This document shows positions 29,261 to 38,686 of a DNA stretch of 42,548 nucleotides, one piece after another. The stretch is from an uncultured Verrucomicrobiales bacterium (GTDB lineage Bacteria; Pseudomonadota; Alphaproteobacteria; Paracaedibacterales; CAITNM01). Positions within the stretch are counted from its first letter, which is position 1; each line of letters begins with the position of its first letter. Position numbers and translations under genes: made by a program. The notes under the pieces were generated by a model that saw only the letters and a program-made list of their open reading frames with translations, was not told the origin of the DNA and did not search any database. The stretch spans positions 1 to 42,548 of the forward strand of contig CAYGPH010000005.1 of the NCBI GenBank assembly GCA_964351815.1, read 5' to 3'.

Positions 29261-30358
29261 ATGCGTTATCTTTTTTTGTTTGCTTTAATGAATGCACTTC
29301 ATATTCATGCATTTGGTTTGGGTTTGAAAAGTTTCAACAGCATGTACCACTATGAATGCAGCGGTAAAAATGTTGATTCTGTTTTAAGCACTATAGAAGA
29401 ATACGATAATTTGATGCATGGTAAGCAAAATTCTAGGCTTATGGATCAAAGAACATACAATAAACTTAGAAGTATGCAAGCCGCAAACGATAAAATATCA
29501 AATTGTGTAGGTTCAAAAGGCGCACATAGTGCAAACGAAAGAACAATATCTGCCTACAAGCTATCCAAGGATCACCCCAATTTCACACAATCATTTTATA
29601 ACGCCTGTGATAGTAATGAGCTGTTTTTAAAAACTTTTAGAGCAGATTGCGAAATCGCGTCACAGGCGATGAAATTTGTTTTGAAAGCTCAGCGTCGGCC
29701 TGACGATAACATCCATTCCTTTACTAGTAAGCCCGCTAAAGTAGTAGCAAAAGAAGATAATAATAAACCAGAAAACTCAGCAGCACCTCAACGTGCAAAA
29801 CCACCAATGCCTAATGCACCAGAAATGCCTAATACACCGCCAATGTATAACGGCCAGGGTAACTTCTATCCTCAATACGAGCAGCAACAGCCGCCAATGT
29901 ATGCCAATGAACCTTATCCAAATCAAGCTCCACCTATGTACTACTCGAATACACCACCTATGTACTACCAACAGCAAGTCAATCCTGGTCAACAACAGTT
30001 TGAGCAACCAATGTCTATGCCAGAACCAGTCCCGCCATACGATGCGCAATCTGAATACAATTCAAATGCGCAAAAACCTATGGTTCAGTACTACCCTATG
30101 CCTATGCAGCAACCGATGATGAGTTATTATGGGCAGCCTATGATGATGCCACAGCAAGGTCAAGAATCATTGGAAATGCAGCAGCCAATGCAATCTAAAA
30201 ACATGCAACAGATGATGCAGCAACCTATGATGGGGTACTATGGTCAACCCATGTACTATCCACAACAACCTATGGGATATGGTCAGCCAATGATGTTTAA
30301 TAATCAAGCAACAAATGGTTCAAACGATGATTATATGGGTTATGTGCCTGCACAGTAA
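29261..30358 (+). CDS. Secreted protein with 4-Cys N-domain and Q/P/M/Y-rich low-complexity tail with 4 PPxY motifs
   Basis: Signal peptide MRYLFLFALMNALHIHA. The repeats are conserved as protein in this frame, with synonymous variation. Confidence 0.85.
   Translation: MRYLFLFALMNALHIHAFGLGLKSFNSMYHYECSGKNVDSVLSTIEEYDNLMHGKQNSRLMDQRTYNKLRSMQAANDKISNCVGSKGAHSANERTISAYKLSKDHPNFTQSFYNACDSNELFLKTFRADCEIASQAMKFVLKAQRRPDDNIHSFTSKPAKVVAKEDNNKPENSAAPQRAKPPMPNAPEMPNTPPMYNGQGNFYPQYEQQQPPMYANEPYPNQAPPMYYSNTPPMYYQQQVNPGQQQFEQPMSMPEPVPPYDAQSEYNSNAQKPMVQYYPMPMQQPMMSYYGQPMMMPQQGQESLEMQQPMQSKNMQQMMQQPMMGYYGQPMYYPQQPMGYGQPMMFNNQATNGSNDDYMGYVPAQ
29801..30297 (+). repeat. Degenerate coding repeats: PPMY x4 and QQPMM[SG]YYGQPM units
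   Basis: PPMY at 29837, 29891, 29930, 29954. gcagcaacc.atgatg.g.ta.tatgg.ca.cc.atg at about 30106 and 30217, plus a shorter copy near 30265. Confidence 0.8.
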
Positions 30359-30556
30359 TGGTATCAATTGAACCTAAACTTTATTCAACCCTAGAACCTT
30401 TGCTGTGAATGGACTTAACCACTATGGATTGTCTTAAAAAAATAAATTCTAAGGCCTTCCATAGGTCTTAAGCCAGGTAACTCGTTCAATTCAGTATCAC
30501 TAGATTTCAGCAGAGAAATCCGTTATTTTAGGCTAGAATTTAAAAATATAAAACCT

Positions 30557-33136
30557 ATGCAACCGCAACGGTTAAGCGATATTCGTAGTACTTTTCTTAA
30601 CTATTTTCAAAAACATAATCACTCCATTGTGCCATCCGCGCCATTAGTCCCAGATGATCCCTCATTAATGTTTGTAAATGCGGGAATGGTACCTTTTAAA
30701 GATATTTTTACGGGTAAAGCAACACCTGATTATACTAAGGCCACGTCAGCACAGAAATGTCTAAGGGCCGGTGGCAAGCATAATGATCTGGATAATGTGG
30801 GTTATACCTCTCGGCACCATACTTTTTTTGAAATGTTAGGTAACTTTTCTTTTGGCGACTATTTTAAGGAAGAAGCCATTGTTTTTGCATGGGATATAAT
30901 AACAAAGGTGTTTGAAATTTCAAAAGATAAACTATTAATTACTGTGCATTCAAGTGACCAAGAAGCTCGTGATATTTGGCGCAAGGTAACAGGTTTTGGA
31001 AATTCAAAGATTATTACCATAGATGGGCTTGATAATTTTTGGAGTATGGGTGATGTAGGGCCGTGTGGACCATGCACAGAAATCTTTTATGATCACGGAC
31101 CCAATGTGGTCGGAGGACCTCCAGGATCAAGCCAGGAGGATGGCGATAGGTATATAGAGATATGGAATCTTGTTTTTATGCAATACGATAGCCTAGCAAG
31201 TGGAGAAAAAATTCTGTTGCCTAAACCATGTGTCGATACGGGTATGGGCTTAGAACGTATGGCTGCAGTTTTACAAGGTGTTCAAAGCAATTTTCAAATT
31301 GATCTTTTTCAACAGCTTATTAAAGGATCTATAGATATTGCTGGTAACCCAGATCATCTGCAATCACACCAAGTGATAGCTGATCATTTAAGGGCTACAG
31401 CCTTTTTAATAGCAGATGGCGTTATGCCAAGTAATGAGGGGCGGGGTTATGTTTTACGACGTATCATGCGCAGAGCGATGCGCCACAATTACCTTATGGG
31501 ACAAAAAAAACCATCCATATACCGCCTCTTACCGATATTAAATGATCTTATGGGTAACGCTTACCCTGAGCTTAATCGTGCAAACTTACTCATTAGTGAA
31601 ACCTTACGTAATGAAGAGGATAAATTTCTTGAAACCTTAGGGCGAGGTATGGCTGTTCTTGATGATGAAATTCAAAAAGTAAATAGTAAATGCTTAAGTG
31701 GTGAAGTCGCCTTTAAATTATACGACACCTATGGTTTTCCCTTAGATCTTACGGAAGATGTTTTGCGCCAACACAAAATAAAAGTAGATCACGAAGGCTT
31801 TGATCGTGCTATGCAACACCAAAAACAACTTGCAAAGGCAAGTTGGTCTGGCTCTGGCGATGTTCAAGACAGTAAAGAATGGTTTACTTTAGCTTCAGAT
31901 TTAAAACCAACAGATTTTTGTGGATACGAAGAACTAGAGTTAAAAACAAAGATTTTAGGGATAATTAGTGAAAATCATATTGTAGGCAGTATCAGTAATG
32001 GTGATGCTTGGATTGTGTTAGAAAAAACGCCATTCTATGCGGAAGCTGGCGGCCAAGTTAGCGATAAGGGTGAGCTTACAATAAATGGCAGCAAATACGC
32101 TGTGCTTGACTGCCAACGTTTTGCAAACAGCTTAGTAGCCCACAAAATTGTAGTAGGTGCAAATGAAATCAAGCTGAACGATTGTGTTGTAGCGACAGTA
32201 AATAAGGAGCTTAGGGCAAAAATTGCAGCTAACCACTCGGCAACCCACCTTTTGCATGGTGCATTACGCAGGGTTTTAGGCGACCATGTTGTGCAAAAAG
32301 GTTCGTTGGTTGATGCAAACAAACTACGTTTTGACTTTACCCACAGTAAAGCTTTAAAGCCGGAAGAAATAAAAGCTGTGATTGATATCGTTAATCAAGA
32401 AATATTAAGTGATCACAAAGTAAATACAGAAATATCAACCCCAGAAAAAGCAATGCAAGCAGGTGTTTTAGGCCTATTTGGTGAAAAATATGGTGACCAA
32501 GTTCGTGTCCTTAGCATAGGTTATTCGCAAGAACTTTGCGGTGGCACCCATGTGAAAAATACTGGAAATATTGGGTTGTTTTATATTACCCAAGAATCAG
32601 GCGTGTCTGCTGGTGTGCGAAGAATAGAAGCTATAACAAATACAGCAATACTGAATTATTTTACAAAATCCTCAGAAAATCTTAATCATGAACTTGAAGT
32701 GCAAAAAAAACAATTAAAACAGGCCTTAAAAGACCTTGATGCCGTTAAAAAAGAAATAGCTATGCACAAAGTAGCAGAGCCCCAAGCAAATGGTAATGAA
32801 AGTAACTTAACTACTTTGGGTGCTTACCCTGCAATTATTCGGCATTTAATAGACGTAAAACCCCAAGAACTTCGCAATATTGCCGAGCAGTTAAAAAAAT
32901 CCCTATCAAGCGGTATTGTTTTGGTTACAACGGTTTTTGAAAATAAGGTAGGTATAGTGGTTGCTATAACAAAAGACTTAAGCCAAAAACTTGATGCTGT
33001 GAAATTAGTAAAAACCGCTGCCATTAGTGTTGGTGGTCAAGGTGGTGGTGGTCGTGCCGACATGGCACAGGCTGGTGGTAACCAACCAGAAAGCGTTTCA
33101 AGTATAGTGCAAGTTTTAAATAATATGCTTTGCTGA
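30557..33136 (+). CDS. alaS: Alanine--tRNA ligase
   Basis: FVNAGM, RHHTFFEMLGNFSFGDYFK, DTGMGLER, editing motifs HSATHLLH and ELCGGTH, C-terminal GGGGRADMAQAGG. Confidence 0.99.
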   Translation: MQPQRLSDIRSTFLNYFQKHNHSIVPSAPLVPDDPSLMFVNAGMVPFKDIFTGKATPDYTKATSAQKCLRAGGKHNDLDNVGYTSRHHTFFEMLGNFSFGDYFKEEAIVFAWDIITKVFEISKDKLLITVHSSDQEARDIWRKVTGFGNSKIITIDGLDNFWSMGDVGPCGPCTEIFYDHGPNVVGGPPGSSQEDGDRYIEIWNLVFMQYDSLASGEKILLPKPCVDTGMGLERMAAVLQGVQSNFQIDLFQQLIKGSIDIAGNPDHLQSHQVIADHLRATAFLIADGVMPSNEGRGYVLRRIMRRAMRHNYLMGQKKPSIYRLLPILNDLMGNAYPELNRANLLISETLRNEEDKFLETLGRGMAVLDDEIQKVNSKCLSGEVAFKLYDTYGFPLDLTEDVLRQHKIKVDHEGFDRAMQHQKQLAKASWSGSGDVQDSKEWFTLASDLKPTDFCGYEELELKTKILGIISENHIVGSISNGDAWIVLEKTPFYAEAGGQVSDKGELTINGSKYAVLDCQRFANSLVAHKIVVGANEIKLNDCVVATVNKELRAKIAANHSATHLLHGALRRVLGDHVVQKGSLVDANKLRFDFTHSKALKPEEIKAVIDIVNQEILSDHKVNTEISTPEKAMQAGVLGLFGEKYGDQVRVLSIGYSQELCGGTHVKNTGNIGLFYITQESGVSAGVRRIEAITNTAILNYFTKSSENLNHELEVQKKQLKQALKDLDAVKKEIAMHKVAEPQANGNESNLTTLGAYPAIIRHLIDVKPQELRNIAEQLKKSLSSGIVLVTTVFENKVGIVVAITKDLSQKLDAVKLVKTAAISVGGQGGGGRADMAQAGGNQPESVSSIVQVLNNMLC

Positions 33137-33177
33137 GTTTTACCAGGTTTAGGTTTTCGTCCCACTAAAAACTGGTT

Positions 33178-33366
33178 TTACAGGAAGTAAAATCGAGGAC
33201 AATCATGGTTTAGAAAATGCCATTGACATCTTATTGTGATATTGTAAAACACTGCATTCACCAAAAATTATTGGAGGTGGTTCCAGCTCTTGCTATAATT
33301 TCCCGTGTCAAAATGGGGTTTAATAAGTTCCTACTGACTATCTGTTAAATTGCTTATAAAAGTCAT
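33178..33366 (-). pseudogene. IS5-family transposase N-terminal relic (DUF4096-type)
   Basis: Minus strand reads MTFISNLTDSQ*ELIKPHFDTGNYSKSWNHLQ*FLVNAVFYNITIRCQWHFLNHDCP, matching IS5 'SDLTDxQWxxIxP' and 'VNAxxYxxxTGCQWRxLPxD'. Two internal stops, no DDE domain. Confidence 0.8.
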
Positions 33367-33699
33367 TTTTTCTTCTTTCACAAGCTTTCTAACGAGTTTA
33401 ACAAAAACTGCAAGAGGGTTTCTTACAATTCTTTCATAGCACTTGGCCTTTCTTAAAAATTTTTACGAAAAATGCTGATGATAATCTTAAAACCTTCGCC
33501 TTAAATGCTAAACCCTTAGTTATGCAGGGTCTTTTATTTGATTAGGTATAATTGAAACTATTTATTACTATCGCTGCCAAAAAACACAACCTTTGTGAAC
33601 AGTGCATAGGTAAAATTTACCTTACTCCAAAACAAAATATGGTAAAGTGATCAAAATTTTAGTTTAATAACCAATAACAAAATTTTCTTAACTTTAGTA

Positions 33700-36249
33700 A
33701 TGATAAAAAAAATATTTTTAAGCGTCTTCACCCTGTTGGTATTCTTAGTGGTATCATTATTCTTTATTGATTTAAAAAGATATGCACAACCCTATTTACA
33801 TAAGGCCGAAATTCAACTTGATAAAAATATTAAGGTAGGTAGCATTAATTTTTATGTGGTGCCAACGCCGCGCCTTATGGTTAATAACATAGAAATTAAT
33901 GACAAAGATGGCACGCCATTTTTCGTTGTTGATAATATTTCCCTTGTATTAAATTTTTTCGAATCGATAACAGGTAACCCTTGTTTGCAAACCGCTAAAA
34001 TAAATAGTCCAAATATTTACCTAAAAAATTACAAAAATAATAATAATTGGACCATGCCTGAAAACAATGATGAATTTTCAAAGCTAGAAGGCGAAAGCAC
34101 AAAAAGTGAAAAAACTCCGTTGGATAGCTTTTTTCAATATGTGCCGCTTTTAAATATAGAAAATGCCCACATAAGTTATACTGATTATTCTAATCCTAAG
34201 GGCCAAGAGCCCATGAAAATTGACAATCTATATATTAAATTGGTGGCTCCAACCTTAAAAAAACAAGCAGTTTTAGAAATTAAAGCCACAGCGTTTGAAA
34301 ATAGCTTTACGTTTTTAAATCAATTTGATGTTCAAAAAAATTTGGTTTCATTTAAAGGTCAGCTGAATGTAGAGAATGCAAAATTTAAAGTTTCTTGTGA
34401 TGCAGCTACAAGTTTTGAAATGTCTACCCAAGGAATAGAAAGTGTATTGTCATTAAATTCTATAAGTTCCACAGAGGTAATTGAACTCCCAAATAAAAAA
34501 ATTAATCTTAATGATTTGCAGCAAGTATCAGCTGCTGTAATTGGCGACATGAAAAATGGTTTTTTCTTAAAAGATTTAAAAATAATTCACCCCCTGTTCA
34601 GTATTTCAGGAAATGGTTCAATCATAGATAAGGATCTTTCTGTTTTGATGAATTTAAGCGCATCTCTTACGGATGTTGATTTTAAAATAGACAGCCAAGA
34701 TTTAGATAAGATTAAAATTGCCATAATAGGAAAAAATACCCAAGGTTTACAAAAATGGTTTGTGGAAGAGGCCCTATGTAAAGACACCATAAACTTTAGC
34801 GGCCACACAAAGCTAAGTAACCCTAATATATTTTATATTGATACAGTTAATGTTGGAAAAGCAAAGTTTGTAGGAAAAATTTCCATGAACAATGGGGTGA
34901 ATGAAGTTGAATTGCAAACGCCAGAAATAAGATATTGGTTAATGCTGCTAGATATGGAACAAGATATTGTTAAAGATAAAGCTCAAATAAATCTAACCGT
35001 TAATCCGGATGAAAAAATACACATTATTACAACGAATAAATTTTTAAGTTTTATTGCAAATGCTGAGAAAAAATCAGACCAATGGGTAATAAAATTGGCA
35101 CTTCAGAAGCTAGTTTTGGGTGATAATCATTTCAGTGGCAAAGTGGACGTAAGCTATGGCCCAGAAAAAATTTCATCTAATGTGCAGTCTTTAAATGTAA
35201 AAACACCCTTTGTGCCGAATATAAATTTAAATGGCAACGTTGAGGTGAATCTTAAGGGTAAAATACCCTATATTACGGGTAATATTCATGCAGCAAAAAT
35301 ATCTATAGCTGAAATCACACCGAGCAAGGTAGAAAGAAATTACCCTATTCAACAAAACATAAATTCACCGTCTCAGCGTTGGAGTAGGGATCCACTAGAA
35401 CTCCCATTGGATAAGTTTGATATGAATTTTGATTTAAACCTACCAGCTCTTGCTGCAGCAGGTTTAGTTTTCAAAAATTTAAAAAGTAAAATCACATTGA
35501 AAAATGGGGCTTTGAATATGCCCTTTTCTGCCGATTTGTTTGATGGAAAAATTAATGCAGGTTTATATTTAACAAGTAAAAACCTGTTAAATTTTGAAGG
35601 TAACATTAGCAACGTTAATATTCAAAAACACGATATTTTGAAAAAATATTTCTCCTCTGGCTTATTAAATAGCAACGTGGCTTTTTCTTCATACGGTAAA
35701 TCCGAATATGAAATTATTAAAAATTTAAAGGGATCTGCAAAAGCTGAAGTTGTAAACGGCGTAATGATGGGCTTTTCATTGCCATTAATTGTGAATATGA
35801 TTCAAAATCCTAAAACAATTGTTGACGGCAGTGCAATTGGCCAAGCGTTTGGTCAATCTGCAAGTTCAAGGTTTGAAAAACTGCAAAGTGTTTTCCAATT
35901 AAACAATGGTCAGATGCAAACAAGCAATACGATTTTACAAATGGAAAACGCCCAGGTAAGCATTACTGGAGTTGCAGATATCCTTGGCTGGAAATCAGAT
36001 TTTAATGCCCAGGTAAAAGTTTCACCACTTACAGATAAATTACCCCCGGTAATTTTTCAAATCTATGGTCCTTTAGATGATCCAAAATATCGTTTTGATA
36101 AAAATTTCTTTAAAAGCTTTCTCGAAAAGAAAACACAAAATGTGATAAAAAAATCTTTAAGCAAAGCTATAGGTGATATTGTTGGCGATCAGCAAGACGG
36201 GTCGGGAAAAATAAATCCAAAATCTATTTTAAAAGGTATTTTTGGGTAG
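33700..36249 (+). CDS. asmA: AsmA-family lipid-transport-like protein
   Basis: N-terminal TM anchor, long beta-rich body, WSxxPL, C-terminal L.G.A....NG...G, G..D, GPLDDP. Confidence 0.85.
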   Translation: MIKKIFLSVFTLLVFLVVSLFFIDLKRYAQPYLHKAEIQLDKNIKVGSINFYVVPTPRLMVNNIEINDKDGTPFFVVDNISLVLNFFESITGNPCLQTAKINSPNIYLKNYKNNNNWTMPENNDEFSKLEGESTKSEKTPLDSFFQYVPLLNIENAHISYTDYSNPKGQEPMKIDNLYIKLVAPTLKKQAVLEIKATAFENSFTFLNQFDVQKNLVSFKGQLNVENAKFKVSCDAATSFEMSTQGIESVLSLNSISSTEVIELPNKKINLNDLQQVSAAVIGDMKNGFFLKDLKIIHPLFSISGNGSIIDKDLSVLMNLSASLTDVDFKIDSQDLDKIKIAIIGKNTQGLQKWFVEEALCKDTINFSGHTKLSNPNIFYIDTVNVGKAKFVGKISMNNGVNEVELQTPEIRYWLMLLDMEQDIVKDKAQINLTVNPDEKIHIITTNKFLSFIANAEKKSDQWVIKLALQKLVLGDNHFSGKVDVSYGPEKISSNVQSLNVKTPFVPNINLNGNVEVNLKGKIPYITGNIHAAKISIAEITPSKVERNYPIQQNINSPSQRWSRDPLELPLDKFDMNFDLNLPALAAAGLVFKNLKSKITLKNGALNMPFSADLFDGKINAGLYLTSKNLLNFEGNISNVNIQKHDILKKYFSSGLLNSNVAFSSYGKSEYEIIKNLKGSAKAEVVNGVMMGFSLPLIVNMIQNPKTIVDGSAIGQAFGQSASSRFEKLQSVFQLNNGQMQTSNTILQMENAQVSITGVADILGWKSDFNAQVKVSPLTDKLPPVIFQIYGPLDDPKYRFDKNFFKSFLEKKTQNVIKKSLSKAIGDIVGDQQDGSGKINPKSILKGIFG

Positions 36250-36285
36250 TTGTGAACCTTTTTTTAATCTGATACAAAAACAATT

Positions 36286-36903
36286 TTAGTTCTGATAGTA
36301 AAAGTAGCAAATTTCATTTTCACCATAAATTTCTTGAATAATTTTTTGCCAGCTTTCTAAAAAAAACACCGGTTCTGTTGCTAAATCCAATGATAATTGA
36401 TAACTGTTTACCACAAAGTCTTTCCCTGCATATGAAAGCAGGCCATCTTTTGTGCTTTCACGATAACAAATTTGCAGGTCTTTTTGCTTTAACTGACTTC
36501 GTTGTGATAGGCAAGTTACGTTCCCAGAAAACTTTAAAGATAAAAAAGTAGGATATATAGTTAATACAGTATGGTGAGAACGAATAATATCAAGGTGTTT
36601 TTCCCTTCTCAAAATTGCTTCTGCGTTAGTACTTTCTTTTGGAAAAAAATTATTTGCAACCCTTACTTTAAACTTTTCATAATTAATCACCCCAAGCTTA
36701 TCAGCATAGCATTTATGAATTGCTTTATAGTTATTTGCGACAAAATGGTCATAACTTCTGCCTGTTTCGTACACAAAAGTTTCTCCATCAATGTTACGTA
36801 CAGCGTAACTGGCATGGATTATGAAGGTTTTTTGAAAAAAAACGAATAAAAAGATTCTTAAGGTAAAAAAAAACGTTTTACGAATCAACACGAAAGTAAG
36901 CAA
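36286..36903 (-). CDS. Hypothetical protein (possible signal/anchor N-terminus)
   Basis: 205-aa ORF, TTG start uncertain, overlaps upstream ORF by 26 nt. Confidence 0.55.
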   Translation of the reverse strand: MLTFVLIRKTFFFTLRIFLFVFFQKTFIIHASYAVRNIDGETFVYETGRSYDHFVANNYKAIHKCYADKLGVINYEKFKVRVANNFFPKESTNAEAILRREKHLDIIRSHHTVLTIYPTFLSLKFSGNVTCLSQRSQLKQKDLQICYRESTKDGLLSYAGKDFVVNSYQLSLDLATEPVFFLESWQKIIQEIYGENEICYFYYQN

Positions 36904-37273
36904 GCTTATTATTTAGTGATGTATAAATCATACTGTTTTCCATGTTAATGTAAAGACTATAGCCTTTTCCAGAGAATATTTTTTCTGTTTCTTCGGATTT
37001 AAAAGCATAACCATCAAAATTGCTAACTTTTACTTGTTTTTTAGCAGAACAATATTCAAGATTAATGTGGGTATCAGTGTTTTCACCTAAAAACTTTGCC
37101 CACGATCCTTTTTTGACCATAGTGTCTTTTTTTTTGTAAGGTTTGTTTTGGTGATCAATAATATTTAAAACGTATTCTTGTAAAGCACCTTCAAATATAA
37201 ATGGTGCATATCGCATTAAAACCTTTAGGTCGTTTATTCCATGAATATGATAGCTAGCACGCAAATTTGCCAA
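36878..37273 (-). CDS. Hypothetical protein
   Basis: 131 aa, TTG start 1 nt after the gltA stop (coupling-like geometry). Confidence 0.5.
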   Translation of the reverse strand: MANLRASYHIHGINDLKVLMRYAPFIFEGALQEYVLNIIDHQNKPYKKKDTMVKKGSWAKFLGENTDTHINLEYCSAKKQVKVSNFDGYAFKSEETEKIFSGKGYSLYINMENSMIYTSLNNKLAYFRVDS

Positions 37274-37274
37274 G

Positions 37275-38525
37275 TTATATTCCTTTGTAAAGTTGGCGTG
37301 GTCTTCCTATTTTTTGTTCAGGATCTGTTATCATTTCATTCCATTGGGCAATCCAGCCCGATGCCCTAGCAATAGCAAAAAGTACTGTGAACATATTTAC
37401 TGGAATACCAAGGGCTTTAAGTATAATACCAGAATAGAAGTCTACGTTAGGATACAATTTTTTTTCAATAAAATATGGATCATTCAGTGCAAATTTTTCA
37501 AGTTCCATGGCAAGATCTAACAAAGGGTCTTTATTACCCATAGTTTCAAACAATTCATGGGCTGTTAGCATAAGAATTTTTGCACGTGGGTCATAATTTT
37601 TATAAACCCTATGTCCAAATCCCATAAGCCTGAAGGGATCATTTTTATCCTTTGCTTTTTTTATATACGTTGGAATATTTTCCTTAGAACCTATTTCACT
37701 TAACATACTTAAAACGGCTTCATTAGCACCCCCATGGGCAGGCCCCCAAAGGGCAGCAATACCAGAAGCTATGCATGCAAAAGGGTTTGCTTGGCTCGAT
37801 CCAGCAAGGCGTACGGTTGATGTGGATGCATTTTGTTCATGGTCAGCGTGTAATATAAAAATACGATCAATAGCCTTAGCTTGAATATTTGATACTTTAT
37901 AATCTTCTGTTGGTCTAGAAAACATCATATACAGAAAATTTTCTGAGTAGGATAGGGAATTTTTAGGATAAGGCAAGGGCATACCTATAGAATAATTATA
38001 GGCCATAGCCGCTAAGGTAGGTAGCTTTGCTATAACACGGTAAGATGCAAGTTGGCGCTGCTTTGGGTCATTTATATCTAAGCTATCATGGTAAAAAGCA
38101 GATAATGCACCGACAACAGCAACCATAATTGCCATTGGGTGTGCATCGCACCGGAAACCACGAAAAAAAGTATGCATTTGCTGGTGAACCATGGTGTGGT
38201 TTGTTATGGCTTCCTTGAATTCTTTTAGTGATTTTTTATTAGGAATATGGCCATTCAGCAGTAAATATGAAATATCTAGAAAATCATGTTCTTCAACCAA
38301 ATTTTCTATCGGGATACCCCTATATTCTAATTGGCCTTTGTCGCCATCAATATAGGTGATGGTTGATTTGCACGAAGCAGTAGAGGTAAAACCAGGGTCA
38401 TATAGGAAATGGCCTGTTTGCTGATAAACAGAACGAATATCTACAGCATTGGGCCCTTTCGTCGCCTCCAAAATAGGTAATTCAATAGTTTTATCGCCAA
38501 TTGTTAGGGTTGCAGTTTTAGACAT
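37275..38525 (-). CDS. gltA: Citrate synthase (type II)
   Basis: [58 protein letters not shown]. Confidence 0.99.
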   Translation of the reverse strand: MSKTATLTIGDKTIELPILEATKGPNAVDIRSVYQQTGHFLYDPGFTSTASCKSTITYIDGDKGQLEYRGIPIENLVEEHDFLDISYLLLNGHIPNKKSLKEFKEAITNHTMVHQQMHTFFRGFRCDAHPMAIMVAVVGALSAFYHDSLDINDPKQRQLASYRVIAKLPTLAAMAYNYSIGMPLPYPKNSLSYSENFLYMMFSRPTEDYKVSNIQAKAIDRIFILHADHEQNASTSTVRLAGSSQANPFACIASGIAALWGPAHGGANEAVLSMLSEIGSKENIPTYIKKAKDKNDPFRLMGFGHRVYKNYDPRAKILMLTAHELFETMGNKDPLLDLAMELEKFALNDPYFIEKKLYPNVDFYSGIILKALGIPVNMFTVLFAIARASGWIAQWNEMITDPEQKIGRPRQLYKGI

Positions 38526-38686
38526 AAAAAAATATTGTTAGTCAATATTCTATTGTTGATCATTATTAAGGTGTTTTGCAATAAAATAATAAAATTTAAG
38601 TTAAATTGTACTTTAAGAACATGAAAATCTTTATATTTACAATTAGTTATGCTGGCCACTTGATATTCATGATGAAACATTAGAAA

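Noticed and set aside
29777-30119. Overlapping ORFs with repeated IHRW or HQC/HLC motifs
   Set aside because: Frame-shifted and antisense readings of the PPMY repeats of 29261..30358.
30420-30490. Possible IS5 C-terminal scrap (IERVTWLKTYGR) and a TCTTAAAA end-like motif similar to 33412-33460
   Set aside because: Match too short and degenerate to support without a search.
38681-38683. Genome-wide TAG recoding as an explanation for the acnA stop
   Set aside because: TAG ends several genes at their expected C-termini and no other conserved gene here has an internal TAG.
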